A DNA stretch of 63,799 nt, filler included, from Octopus bimaculoides (GCF_001194135.2; 12 parts of 12 records of this genome joined end to end with filler, not necessarily neighbours in it), one strand, 5' to 3'; shown: positions 10,441 to 22,945, numbered from the whole stretch's first letter. Notes: a model not told the origin generated them from the sequence alone. Numbers and translations are program-made.

Positions 10441-12600
10441 GTAAACAACATCCTAAACAATTCCAACAACAACAATAAGAGAGAACTTGGGGATATGCCA
10501 ATTCCCCAGAAGGAAGTAGAAGAGTCAGTGCATATGCTCAAAGTTAGGAAATCTCCAAGAATGGATAATATTCCATCAGAGCTCTTAAAATATGGAGGGT
10601 TAAAGCTTATCAAGGCACTAAGTTACCTGTCAGAAGATATGGGAGACAAACCTGTGATGATGCCCATTGATGATGCCCATTACCAAAAAAAGGCAACTTA
10701 AGACTCTGTCAGAATTATTGAACAATCAGCTTAATTAGCCACCTCAGTAAAGTATTGCAAAGAGTTCTGCTAAACAGACTTAAGGGGAAGGAAGAAGAAA
10801 TCCTTGCAGAAGAACTATCAGGATTTAGATCCCAAATGTATTTTGCATTAGACTGCTCACTGAGAAACATCTGTAACACCAGTCTGACCACCATCACAAC
10901 TTCATTGACTTTAAAAAGGCTTTTGGCCATGTTTGGCATGATTGGTGTGGCAGGTGATGAAGAATTATAAATTTGACAACAATCTCCTTGAAATAATTCA
11001 AGCACTGTAAGAAAACTCAAGCAGTGCAATTCTCCTGAACATCATCATCATCATCATCATCGTTTAACGTCCGCTTTCCATGCTAGCATGGGTTGGACGA
11101 TTTGACTGAGGACTGGTGAAACCGGATGGCAACACCAGGCTCCAGTCTGATTTGGCAGAGTTTCTACAGCTGGATGCCCTTCCTAACGCCAACCACTCAG
11201 AGAGTGTAGTGGGTGCTTTTACGTGTCACCCGCACGAAAACGGCCACGCTCGAAATGGTGTCTTTTATGTGCCACCCGNNNNNNNNNNNNNNNNNNNNNN
11301 NNNNNNNNNNNNNNNNNNNNNNNNNNNNNNNNNNNNNNNNNNNNNNNNNNNNNTTACTTGGCTTGCCGGGTCTTCTCACGCACAGCCCATTTCCAAAGGT
11401 CTCGGTCCGTAGTCATCGCCTCGGTGAGGCCCAATGTACGAAGGTCTTGCCTCACCACCTCAGCCCAGGTCTTCCTGGGCCTACCTCTTCCACGGGTTCC
11501 CTCAACTGTTAGGGTGTGGCACTTTTTCACGCAGCTATCCTCCTCCATTCTCACCACATGTCCATACCAGCGCAATCGTCTCTCTTGCACGCCACAACTG
11601 ATGCTTCTAATGTTCAGCTTTTCTCTCAAGATACTTACACTCTGACGGGTCAGAGAATTCTTCAGGACAATGGTGGGTGTTTGACAAGGATGTCTCCTCT
11701 CTCCAGTGCTTTTCAGCATCTTTCTGGAAAAAAATCATGCGAGAGACATTTCAAGACATCCACCACTCTGTTTCCATTGGAGGACAACCCATTTCTAACC
11801 TGTGCTTTGCTGATGATATTGACCTGTTAGGGTGCAGTGAAGCAGAACTACAAGAGCTCACCACCAGACTGGAAAAAGTATCAGGAGCACATGAGATAAA
11901 AGAAGGATCCTGGTTAATAGTAACAACTAAAACACAGCAATCAATATTATGCTCAATGAAGACAGACCTGATGAAGTGGACACATTCAAGTGCTTAGGAT
12001 CCTCCTCGACCAAGGACAGCAAATCTCAAAAGGAAATAATAAGAAAACTCAGTTTAGCCTTTGTTGCCATGATGAAGCTGAACACCATATGGAAAAGCAA
12101 TTTCATTACTTTCACAGCAAGATGAAGTCCCTGGTGACTTCAATCCTTCTGTATGGATATGAGAAGTGAACTGTTACAACTGACATGGAGTGAAGAATCC
12201 AGACATTGCAGCACAAGTGCTTCAGAAAGCTGCTACATATCCCATATACAAAGTGTAATATGAACAGCTATGTCAAACAGCAAGTCAACAAATATACTGA
12301 TAGACAGGAATCACTCCTTGCGCAGGCAAAAAGACAAAGGCTTGCCTGGTACAGTCATGTATCCAACCTCAACACACTGTCCAAAACCATTCTTCAGGGA
12401 ACTGTTGAGGGAGGACAAAAAAATGAAGCAAACAGAGAAAATCCTGGTTTGACAACATCAAGGACTGGGCAGGTCACGGCACAGTGAATCTGCTACGCAT
12501 GACAAAGAACAGAGACCAGTGGCAATGGTTGACTATGAAAGTGTCTGGAGTGGCATCCCAATGACTGGCTGCATCAGTTAAAGGATTTTGATGGTGATTT
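10441..12600 (+). mobile_element. Degenerate RTE-type LINE (RT region to 3' end), interrupted at 11041-11650
   Basis: KSPRMDNIPSELLK, ISLISHLSKVLQRVLLNRL, SNLCFADDIDLLG, RLAWYSHV, KTILQGTVEG. Confidence 0.8.
11041..11650 (-). mobile_element. 5'-truncated RTE-X-like LINE 3' end nested in another LINE
   Basis: ORF 11354-11719 (-) QERRLRWYGHVVRMEEDSCVKKC...RGRGRPRKTW; 3' UTR ...ccatgctagcatggaaagcggacgttaaacg(ATG)n. Confidence 0.85.
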
Positions 12601-12699
12601 TCCATTGGATTGTAGCACATTTGGTCAAGCAGGCCAAAGCTTCGAAGGCACAGTCAACACTATTCTTGTTAAAGAATAATAAATATAGATGAAAAACAC

Positions 12700-12931
12700 C
12701 TTTTGAGTGTGGTCATTGCTAGAACCACCTGACTGGCCCTCGTGCTGGTGGCACATAAAAGCACCCACTACACTCTCGGAGTGGTTGAAGTTAGGAAGAG
12801 CATCCAGCTGTAGAAACTCTGCCAGATCAGATTGGAGCCTGGTGCAGCCTTCTGGCTTGCTAGTCCTCAGTCAAACCGTCCAACCCATGCTAGCATGGAA
12901 AGCAGACGTTAAACGATGATGATGATGATGA
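12700..12931 (+). mobile_element. RTE-X-like 3' UTR/tail copy
   Basis: Same 3' UTR and (GAT)n tail as 11041-11280, opposite orientation. Confidence 0.8.
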
Positions 12932-13030
12932 TTTAGTCTACAAAAAGTATTGAATAATCCTTCAATTTAATACAAAGTAACTTTTATCATAACTCAACAT
13001 AAAAACAAACTTTAATATTTAATATACATA

Positions 13031-13455
13031 TAGGCACAGGCATGGCTGTGTGGTAAGTAGCTTGCTTCCCAACCACATGGTTCCAGGTTCAGTCACACTG
13101 CGTGGCACCTTGGGCAAGTGTCTTCTGCTATAGCCTNNNNNNNNNNCGTGGCACCTTGGGCAAGTGTCTTCTGCTATAGCCTTGGGCTGACCAAAGCCTT
13201 GTGAGTGGATTTGGTAGACGGAAACTGAAAGAAGCCTGTTGTGTGTGTGTCTTTGTTTCTCTCCCCATCACCACTTGACAACTGGTGTTGGTGTACTTAC
13301 GTCCCTGTAACTTAGCAGTTCAGCAAAAGAGACTGATAGAATAAGTACTAGGCTTTAGAAAAAAGAAGTCCTGGGGTTGATTTCTTTGACTAAAACCCTT
13401 CAAGGTGGTGCTCCAGCATAGCCACGGTCAAATGACTGAAACAAATAAAAGAATA
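13031..13455 (+). mobile_element. tRNA-derived SINE, family A (head gtggctgtgtggtaag)
   Basis: Head/body/tail ...gactgaaacaagtaaaaga shared with more than 12 copies in the window. Confidence 0.85.
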
Positions 13456-14091
13456 TATATACATTCATACTACATACACGCATGTGTGTGTGTGTGTGTT
13501 GGTGGGATAAATATTCTACGGCAAAAAAAGAAAATCTGATTAAAAAGATGGCATTTTACAAATCAAGTTCTTTACTTCGGCAGAGGGATGCAGAGGAGAG
13601 CCGAGGGGCGGGGGATGGGAGAATGCTTAGACATTCCCTTGTCACTCTCTCACTATCAACAGAACAATGAACCAACGATTGAACTGATTGGAAATCAGTA
13701 ACCAATGATTCTATTCCTCACAAACTATGGCACCAAAAAAATTTTTTAAATAACAAAAAAAAACAAATAAATCATCTGGAGGTTAAGATCTCAATGTCCT
13801 AAATCTGTGACCCAGTTTATCATCATCATCACCATCATCATCATCATCGCCAACACCACCATCACCCCTACCCCCCACCATCATCATCATCATCAAATAG
13901 CAGACGTTCTCACTGGACTTGTCTTATTAATGCCCTTGAGTAAAAATATGAACATCACGAAATCTCAATTTTTTTTCTTTTTCCNNNNNNNNNNNNNNNN
14001 NNNNNNNNNNNNNNNNNNNNNNNNNNNNTTAATTAATTAANNNNNNNNNNNNNNNNNNNNNNNNNNNNNNNNNNNNNNNNNNNNAGTAACA

Positions 14092-14129
<38 letters not shown>

Positions 14130-14131
14130 GT

Positions 14132-14520
14132 TTTATTCTTTTCTTTTACTTGTTTCAGTCATTTGACTGCGGCCATGTTGGAGCACTGCCTTTAGTCGAA
14201 TAAATTGACCCCCAGGACTTGTTCTTTTAAGCCTAGTATTTATTCTATCGGTCCCTTTTTCTAAACCACTAAGTTACGGAGACGCAAACACCCCGGCATC
14301 GGTTGTCAAGTGATGTTGGGGGGACAAACACAGTCATACAAACATATATATATATATATACATATATATACGACGGGCTTCTTTTCAGTTTCCGTCTGCC
14401 AAATCCACTGACAAGGCTTTTGTCGGCCCGAGGCTATAGTAGAAGACATTTTCCCAAGGTGGTACGCAGTGGGACTGAACCCGGAACCATGTGGTTGGTA
14501 AGCAAACTACTTACCCGAAA
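14132..14520 (-). mobile_element. SINE family A
   Basis: Reverse complement of family A consensus. Confidence 0.85.
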
Positions 14521-14579
14521 CATGTCTACACGCTTTAACAGCTGATAACTCAATTTTCATTTGTTCTTAGATTAAACGC

Positions 14580-14716
14580 ATTTCTTTTCTACTCTAGGCA
14601 CAAGGCTCGAAATTTTTGGGGAGTGGGGCCAGTCAATTAGATCGACCCCACTACGTAACTGGTACTTAATTTATCGACCCCGAGAGGATGAAAGGCAAAG
14701 TCGACCTCGGCGGAAG
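14580..14716 (-). mobile_element. tRNA-derived SINE, family C, partial
   Basis: ctaggcacaagg...ttatcgacccc gagaggatgaaaggcaaagtcgacctcggcgg, also at 16545, 36705, 38850, 39085. Confidence 0.75.
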
Positions 14717-14968
14717 ATTTTACCCATTTGAAATGATGAAGAGAACCAGATAGCTTGCAATAAAAGGAATTTTATCCTAAAGTGTTACTGGAAGTTTGAA
14801 AACGCAAAGAAAGTTTAGGAGTGTAATTTCAAACAGATCCATTTTCGTGATTCATCATCTCTCGAATTAGAGACAAATTTAACGCAGGTGGTATGTTCAG
14901 AATGCCCACAAGAAACGTTATTGAAGGCTGCGGCCAAAAGATGAGCTCAACAAAAGAAGAAAGTGTAT

Positions 14969-15318
14969 TAGGCGCAGGAGTGGCTGTGTGGTAAGTAGCT
15001 TGCTTACCAACCACATGGTTCCAGGTTCAGTCCCACTGCGTGGCACCTTGGGCAAGTGTCTTCTACTATAGCCTCGGGCCGACCAAAGCCTTGTGAGTGG
15101 ATTTGGTAGACGGAAACTGGAAGAAGCCCGTCGTATATATGTATATGTATATATATTTGTGTTTGTGTGTCTGTGTTTGTCCCCCCAACATCGCTTGACA
15201 ACCGATGCTGGTGTGTTTACTTCCCCGTAACTTAGCGGTTCGACAAAAGACTGATAGAATAAGTACTAGGCTTACAAAGAATAAGTCCTGGGGTCGATTT
15301 GCTCGACTAAAGCCTTGG
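14969..15318 (+). mobile_element. SINE family A
   Basis: Near-consensus copy running into a gap. Confidence 0.88.
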
Positions 15319-15418
15319 NNNNNNNNNNNNNNNNNNNNNNNNNNNNNNNNNNNNNNNNNNNNTTAATTAATTAANNNNNNNNNNNNNNNNNNNNNNNNNN
15401 NNNNNNNNNNNNNNNNNN

Positions 15419-15548
15419 TAATACGCAGGGGATTTTTAGGGGGCTGTACCTCTGAAAAACCTAAACCTTGTGTATAATACGCACCCCTTCTCTAACTTGA
15501 GTCAAGGAGGTATATATAACGTCCTAGGTTTGTAAACGTATATACGGT
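15419..15548. mobile_element. pogo/Tigger-like MITE right end
   Basis: Terminus ...aacgtatatacgg-TA; left part lost in a gap. Confidence 0.45.
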
Positions 15549-15579
15549 AACGCCCCTTATTATTATTGTATATATAACA

Positions 15580-16520
15580 TGGGCTTGCCTACCCAGGTGC
15601 CGAGTTGCAAGCCAACTGAGTTTTCCGCGTTAATTTTTGCTCCTGTCACCACTTCATACTCTTTTAGTGTGTCGCCTGGCTCGATGCTATCACGGCGACA
15701 CCATCAGCATAAGCAGACACGCCTCTCCCACATCCTAGATCACGCAGGATACTCCTCAATACCTCCAACTTCCGCAGTAGTGGTTCAAGGGTCAGTACAT
15801 ACAAAAGGGAGGAAATAGGGCACCCTTAACGGACCGAGTGTAAGATGCTGAATGGTTCTGACTGGTGACCATTCAGCCGAACCAAGCAGATGCCGCTGTA
15901 CAAAGCAACAATCCAGCCGCAGAAAACCGGACCGAAACCGGCTGCCTTGTATTGATGGTCGACCCTATCGAAGGCTTTAGATTGATCTAAATTGATCAGG
16001 CCCCGTCCATGCCAGTTCCGTTACCCACCCTCTCTATGATGTAGCGCATGAGATAGACGTTGACGTGAATAGTCCTGGTTGGGATGGCACATGTTTGCAC
16101 CTCACCAACCGGCTTGTCACGACAAGCGCCGGCCTCTTGGATAACACCTTGGCCAAAACCTTAAAGTAGTGATGGGCTTGAAATTCTCTACAACGTCCCC
16201 TTTGTGTGGGTCCTTTCTCAGCAATGCCACCGCCCATCGACAGACAAAAGTGGGAGTTCTCCCATTTTGTTGCCAGTTGCCGTAGAGGCCGGCAAAGAAG
16301 TCTGGTATTGAAATATAAAGTGGGGCAGGCTATCCAAACCCGGCGATCTGCCTCTCTTGCAACTCTTCATCGCTTCTTGTATTTCTGCGGCTGTTATCAG
16401 CCTTTCGCAGCAGTCTGCTTCGCTCGCCGAGAGTCGCGGAAGGCCGTGCAGGTAGACGCCGAAGTCTGCTCTGCTATCCGTCCTACCACCCATCCCGACA
16501 GTCGAGCAAAGTGCTGCTGA
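15580..16520 (-). mobile_element. Tx1/L1-clade LINE RT fragment
   Basis: Minus frames: EIQEAMKSCKRGRSPGLD, NFKPIT, KVLAKVLSKR, LINLDQSKAFDRVDHQY, SVR*GCPISSLLYVLTLEPLL, SAYADG. Confidence 0.85.
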
Positions 16521-16544
16521 AAGGCTGCAGACATCTGCTTCCTT

Positions 16545-16760
16545 TGTACTATAGGCACAAGGCTTGAAATTTATGGGGCAGGGGACCAGTCGATTACATC
16601 GACCCTAGTACGCAACTGGTACTTTAATTTATCGACCCCGAAAGGATGAAAGGCAATTTCGACTTCGGCAGAATTTGAACTCAGAACGTAAAGACGCAGG
16701 AAATACCATACGGAGGAAATACCATTTCGACCGGCGTGCTAACGATTCTGCCAGCTCACA
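16545..16760 (-). mobile_element. SINE family C
   Basis: Includes tRNA-like head (gaatttgaactcagaacg...ctgccagctc on +). Confidence 0.8.
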
Positions 16761-16879
16761 GCCCTTTTTTTAATGATGATGATGATGATGACTTCTGTAT
16801 TGACCACAAAGGTTTTACATCAAGGAAGTCGCTATGGTCAGCACAGGACAAAACATTGGATGTGTGTGTGTGTGTATGT

Positions 16880-16964
<85 letters not shown>

Positions 16965-17719
16965 GTTAGGGTTTTGCGTGTAAACAGGTTTAACAGAGAA
17001 AAGTCGTTTTTAGAAAGAAATCTTTCGAAAAATGATGGGAGTCGATTTGCGTTGAAGATGTCTGTGTGTATATGTATGTGTGTTTATATATGTGCTTATG
17101 TGTATGCATGTGTGTGTGTGTGTAAGAACGTATGTATGTATGTATGTATGTATGTATTACGTATGTATTTACAATTATGTATATATTGTATATATATGTG
17201 TGTGTGTGTGCATGGGTGTGTTTGTGTGTGCGTGTGTGTGTGTGTAGAAAGTCGCAAAAAAGTCCCCAACAAAGCCTGCTTTAGAAGCAGTGAGTCATTT
17301 GCAGAGAAAGAGGTCAAGTAAAGAAGTGGCGATGGCAGAGAAGACGTCAGCCAAGAGAGATAGAAAGAATGTAGTAGTAGTAAATTGGAAGTAGAGGACA
17401 GTAATATAATATTCAGTTAGTGAGATTAGTTTCCTTACGTAATCGACAAACGCACACATACTAAAACATACACACACATACATGAGGAGATAATTGCCAC
17501 TCCTGTATAGTATGTAATAAACTTCGTAGCAGCTTTTGTATCGCAGAACTGAATTCGCAGGGAGGAACGTTCCGAGACAGAAAACCGTCAGACTAAAACT
17601 GAAACCTAATTGGTAACTATTACGATGATCTTTATTATAATTAACACACAATTTGCTAAAAACATTTACATTGTAAAAACATTCATTATAACTAAATTCA
17701 AATTACGATCAACGTGAAC

Positions 17720-17817
17720 AAATAATATAGCCTGAACAAGATAAGCTACCCCTAATTTGCAGGCGGCCAACGATCTGCAAAATAGGGGTAGCTTATCCTG
17801 TTCAGGCTATATTATTT
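17720..17817. repeat. 43-bp-arm inverted repeat (hairpin) with 12-nt loop
   Basis: Arms 17720-17762 and 17775-17817, 2 mismatches. Confidence 0.9.
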
Positions 17818-17894
17818 TCATTTAGAAACTGTGAAAACTTTTTATAGTGTTACAAGTGGAACCTTTTATTTACATTTCCGGAATATAATATAAA

Positions 17895-18637
17895 ACATCT
17901 TTTTGGTTTGACGGGCAACACTTGTTTTCTTAATGAAACACTTTCAAACTTGGGATACTGATAGAATGTGTCATATAAAACATCTTTTTCTCTTAGCCTT
18001 CTTAACAAAAAATTCTTCTTAATATGTTATTTCATGTTAAATTTATCGTATTTGTGTAATTTCAACCAATCACTGACGTCTATTGAGGTGAAAACAATTA
18101 CTGCCGTAACGGTGTTATGGGATTTTTTCCCTTGAATAAAATTAGTGCCGTTGTTTGTCAACAACTATCGGCGGTACTGTTATTTATAACATCGTTCGTA
18201 CGTTTGGGTTAGGGTTAGGGTTAAGAGTGAGGTTATGGCAAAACTAACCCTAACTCTAAATCCCGAACCCTAACCCTAAAACCATAAAGCTAAAACCAGT
18301 ACAAACGCACGAACGATGTCATAAATAACAGTAACACGAATAGTTGTTGACAAACAACGGCACTAATTTTATTCAAAGGAAAAGATCCCATAACAACGTT
18401 AGAAAATGTTGTTTACATTCTTACGGCAGTAATTGTTTTCACCTCAATAGACGTCAGTTATTGGTTGAAATTACCGAAATACGACAACTTTTTACATGAA
18501 ATAACTTCGAATACAAAATTTTTTATCTGTTCTATAAAACAAAATATACAAATGTACGAAGTTTGAAAGTGTTTCGGTACCAAAAACACTACATAAAACA
18601 TAAATGAAAAATGTTGCCCGTCAAACCAAAAAGATCC
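17895..18637. mobile_element. Foldback DNA element with central inverted telomere-like hexamers
   Basis: Long imperfect inverted arms (ctttttggtttgacgggcaaca / tgttgcccgtcaaaccaaaaagatcc); centre TTAGGG-like then CCCTAA-like at 18203-18297; homologous to 30168-30699. Confidence 0.8.
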
Positions 18638-19313
18638 AAATGTACCACACAGACAGGCCACAACGGGATTTGAAATCAGATCGCAAAAAAAAAACAGATT
18701 AAATGGTACAAGGCATTTTGTCCAAAGTCTAAATATTTCATATGATCATCCTTTTAGTCTGTTATTCTTGCTATCAAATAGTGAAAGATAAAAAGCCATG
18801 TTAGCCTCATTCAGTTTGTAGATAGAGAATAAATTATTGCGTCCGACATTGCAATGACTCAGCTAATTTTGTCTACTTTCAATCAACGGAGTTTTTAAGC
18901 TGATTTATATTTTAATATTAAACTTTGAATATAAATGTAATTTTGCTATAAATTTAATTTGTGTATATATTGAAGTAAACAAGAACTGTTTAAATATCAA
19001 GCAATTTGGTGACAAGATATATATTTTCCTTTCACCATATCTTTTATCCTACCTCAAACTTTAAATGTGGAATGCACTAAATATGTTTTCTCTCTATTTC
19101 GGATATTATTTATCAGATGGATGGCTTCTGAGAATTATTCCACATTGTAATTATAAACTTTATTACAAACCAACAATGGTATCTCTAAATAGCTGCGTGA
19201 ACTACACATAGATAATGAATACATATGGGAGGGCCATAGCTAGAACGTCTTTAGCAATTGATTTATTAGAGAGGATAAATTTTAATGTTCTAATATTTTG
19301 ACTTTTATAAGTT

Positions 19314-20814
19314 ACTAGCAGAAACACCCGGCGTTGCCCGGGTTAAAGAGAATAATGAAATCTAAAAACGCCGTCTAGACTACGCAACCCTCAACTGTTA
19401 GTAGCTACGATACCATATTTCTACATTAATAACTCTCCAATCCATGCCAGCATGGAACATAGATATTAAGTGGAATGCTAGAAGAACGTTTTCAACTCAT
19501 ATGTATATAAAGTAAATACACGTAATTCAGAAACACGTTTTTGTGTATCTTATTTCGTAACCAAGGCCAATTTTGGTTATTCATTTGACAGAGGTAGTAG
19601 AGAGACAATGCGATGATAAATCTGAGGTTGGATCTTGAAAGTTTGGATGAATGCTGCCTCAGNNNNNNNNNNNNNNNNNNNNNNNNNNNNNNNNNNNNNN
19701 NNNNNNNNNNNNNNNNNNNNNNNNNNNNNNNNNNNNNNNNNNNNNNNNNNNNNNNNNNNNNNNNNNNNNNNNNNNNNNNNNNNNNNNNNNNNNNNNNNNN
19801 NNNNNNNNNNNNNNNNNNNNNNNNNNNNNNNNNNNNNNNNNNNNNNNNNNNNNNNNNNNNNNNNNNNNNNNNNNNNNNNNNNNNNNNNNNNNNNNNNNNN
19901 NNNNNNNNNNNNNNNNNNNNNNNNNNNNNNNNNNNNNNNNNNNNNNNNNNNNNNNNNNNNNNNNNNNNNNNNNNNNNNNNNNNNNNNNNNNNNNNNNNNN
20001 NNNNNNNNNNNNNNNNNNNNNNNNNNNNNNNNNNNNNNNNNNNNNNNNNNNNNNNNNNNNNNNNNNNNNNNNNNNNNNNNNNNNNNNNNNNNNNNNNNNN
20101 NNNNNNNNNNNNNNNNNNNNNNNNNNNNNNNNNNNNNNNNNNNNNNNNNNNNNNNNNNNNNNNNNNNNNNNNNNNNNNNNNNNNNNNNNNNNNNNNNNNN
20201 NNNNNNNNNNNNNNNNNNNNNNNNNNNNNNNNNNNNNNNNNNNNNNNNNNNNNNNNNNNNNNNNNNNNNNNNNNNNNNNNNNNNNNNNNNNNNNNNNNNN
20301 NNNNNNNNNNNNNNNNNNNNNNNNNNNNNNNNNNNNNNNNNNNNNNNNNNNNNNNNNNNNNNNNNNNNNNNNNNNNNNNNNNNNNNNNNNNNNNNNNNNN
20401 NNNNNNNNNNNNNNNNNNNNNNNNNNNNNNNNNNNNNNNNNNNNNNNNNNNNNNNNNNNNNNNNNNNNNNNNNNNNNNNNNNNNNNNNNNNNNNNNNNNN
20501 NNNNNNNNNNNNNNNNNNNNNNNNNNNNNNNNNNNNNNNNNNNNNNNNNNNNNNNNNNNNNNNNNNNNNNNNNNNNNNNNNNNNNNNNNNNNNNNNNNNN
20601 NNAATTGTTTCATTTTTAAAGTGAAAGTATTTGACATGAGTGTTTTTGTTTCACTTTTGACACGTAATACTTAAATAGTGGAGGAGATATTATGTTGCCG
20701 TGGGCTCGAACTCTGCAAGAAGTTAAAACATTTTTTTGACTAAAACACAACTGGAACCCTAAGTAAGGCATGTGTAAAATTTGAATGAAATTGGTTGCGT
20801 AGTTCTCGAGTTTT

Positions 20815-20857
<43 letters not shown>

Positions 20858-20896
20858 GACAGACAGACACACATTCTCATTTTTATATATATAGAT
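19314..20896 (+). mobile_element. Helentron-associated HINE (DINE-1/Lep1-like), gap in the middle
   Basis: 5' actag...cccggcgttgcccggg sub-terminal palindrome; 3' (AC)n(AGAC)n then cattctcatttttatatatatagat; second copy at 55968. Confidence 0.7.
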
Positions 20897-22677
20897 AGTA
20901 TGCCATTATATGAATTAACCATCATATTGAATTTGAAAAGACTATATATTTAATATATTTTTACAGATTACATATAAATACAGTATTTGAAACAATCTAA
21001 GTTATAATTTGTTAATTAAAGAAATATTTCTGTGGTATTATCAGCCGGAATAGAGATGATTATTTCAAAGTGAAGATTTGTCGATGAGAAAGAAATGAAT
21101 AGTGACTGAAGTGCGGGTGTGTCGTTTATAGACAGAAATGGATTAACAGATTAAATAGTGATGGTAGTGGTAGTGGAAACATTTCCAGCTATGAAATGTA
21201 AACTTTGTTTTCTTCCATCTCGGCAATAAACCTTTGCCTTCAGTAAAACAATCAAATATTTAAAAATTAATCCTTATTTTTATGCTTACTATTATTCAAC
21301 ATTAATTTGATTAGTCTGGTAATCAAATTTGTTTATTTCTTGAAAAATTAAAAATTAAACAACTCTGAGATAAAATCCGAAACATCACTGCACATACACC
21401 TATGTGTATTGTAAGTGATTATTTCATTGTTATTACCTGGCCAAGGTACGACCTAGTTAAGTTTCTCTAATGATGCTCTCCCAAGCAATAATATATTTAT
21501 AGAAATCAAACAGTAGGCACAGGAGTGGCTGTGTGGTAAGTAGCTTGCTTACCAACCACATGGATCCCTCACCATCCCTTGATAACCAATGAAATAATTA
21601 AAAAGTTATCTCAATAGTTTCAAGGATATTTGTAAAATTTTATAAAGCCACTTGTTTGTAGGATGACTCAAACTAGAATCAAAGTAGATGAGATCAAATC
21701 AAAGATGAATATTGAGAGATTTATTGTACAAAAACCATTTTCTATTGATTCCTTTATTAATTTCTCCAAATTTCTCTTCTTTCACAGAATCAGTATCTCG
21801 TTTCATTTCTTTCATGTGTTCTTTCTATATTTTTAGAAGACAGATGACGTTAAGAACAATCATCTTTTCTTGTCTTCCAAATTTCATGCTTTAAGATTTG
21901 GCACAAGGCCAGTAATTCTGAGGATGGGGACGAGTCGATTACATCGACTCCAGTATATAACTGGAACTTATTTCATTGAAAAAGATCAAAGGCGAAATAA
22001 CACCTGTTGGAATTTTATTCTATTCTACTCTAGGCACAGTGGAGGTGCAATGGCCCATTGATTAGAGCAGCNNNNNNNNNNNNNNNNNNNNNNNNNNNNN
22101 NNNNNNNNNNNNNNNNNNNNNNNNNNNNNNNNNNNNNNNNNNNNNNNNNNNNNNNNNNNNNNNNNNNNNNNNNNNNNNNNNNNNNNNNNNNNNNNNNNNN
22201 NNNNNNNNNNNNNNNNNNNNNNNNNNNNNNNNNNNNNNNNNNNNNNNNNNNNNNNNNNNNNNNNNNNNNNNNNNNNNNNNNNNNNNNNNNNNNNNNNNNN
22301 NNNNNNNNNNNNNNNNNNNNNNNNNNNNNNNNNNNNNNNNNNNNNNNNNNNNNNNNNNNNNNNNNNNNNNNNNNNNNNNNNNNNNNNNNNNNNNNNNNNN
22401 NNNNNNNNNNNNNNNNNNNNNNNNNNNNNNNNNNNNNNNNNNNNNNNNNNNNNNNNNNNNNNNNNNNNNNNNNNNNNNNNNNNNNNNNNNNNNNNNNNNN
22501 NNNNNNNNNNNNNNNNNNNNNNNNNNNNNNNNNNNNNNNNNNNNNNNNNNNNNNNNNNNNNNNNNNNNNNNNNNNNNNNNNNNNNNNNNNNNNNNNNNNN
22601 NNNNNNNNNNNNNNNNNNNNNNNNNNNNNNNNNNNNNNNNNNNNNNNNNNNNNNNNNNNNNNNNNNNNNNNNNNNNG

Positions 22678-22945
22678 GAAACTGAAAGAAGCCCGTCGTA
22701 TATATGTATATATATATATATACATATGTATATGTTTGTGTGTCTGTGTTTGTCCCCCTAACATCGCTTGACAACCGATGCTGGTGTGTTTACGTCCCCG
22801 TAACCTAGCGGTTCGGCAAAAGAAATCGATAGAATAAGTACTAGGCTTCCAAAGAATAAGTCCTGGGGTTGATTTGCTCGGCTAAAGGTGGTTCTCCAGC
22901 ATGGCCGCAGTCAAATGACTGAAACAAGTAGAAGAGTGAAAGAGT
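22678..22945 (+). mobile_element. SINE family A, 3' part
   Basis: Body and tail match consensus. Confidence 0.85.

Noticed and set aside
13101-13182. Tandem duplication of cgtggcaccttgggcaagtgtcttctgctatagcct across a 10-N gap
   Set aside because: Overlapping contig ends left unmerged.
13605-13706. GC box GGGGCGGGGG plus ATTGG/CCAAT as a promoter
   Set aside because: Short motifs with no linked exon or start evidence; expected by chance.
18203-18297. True telomere or chromosome-fusion scar
   Set aside because: Hexamers are few, degenerate and embedded in a dispersed foldback element.
19492-20674. Long ORFs of 130-380 aa (also near 5058, 22025, 23516, 24665, 37327, 56943)
   Set aside because: Made of X codons from N gaps.
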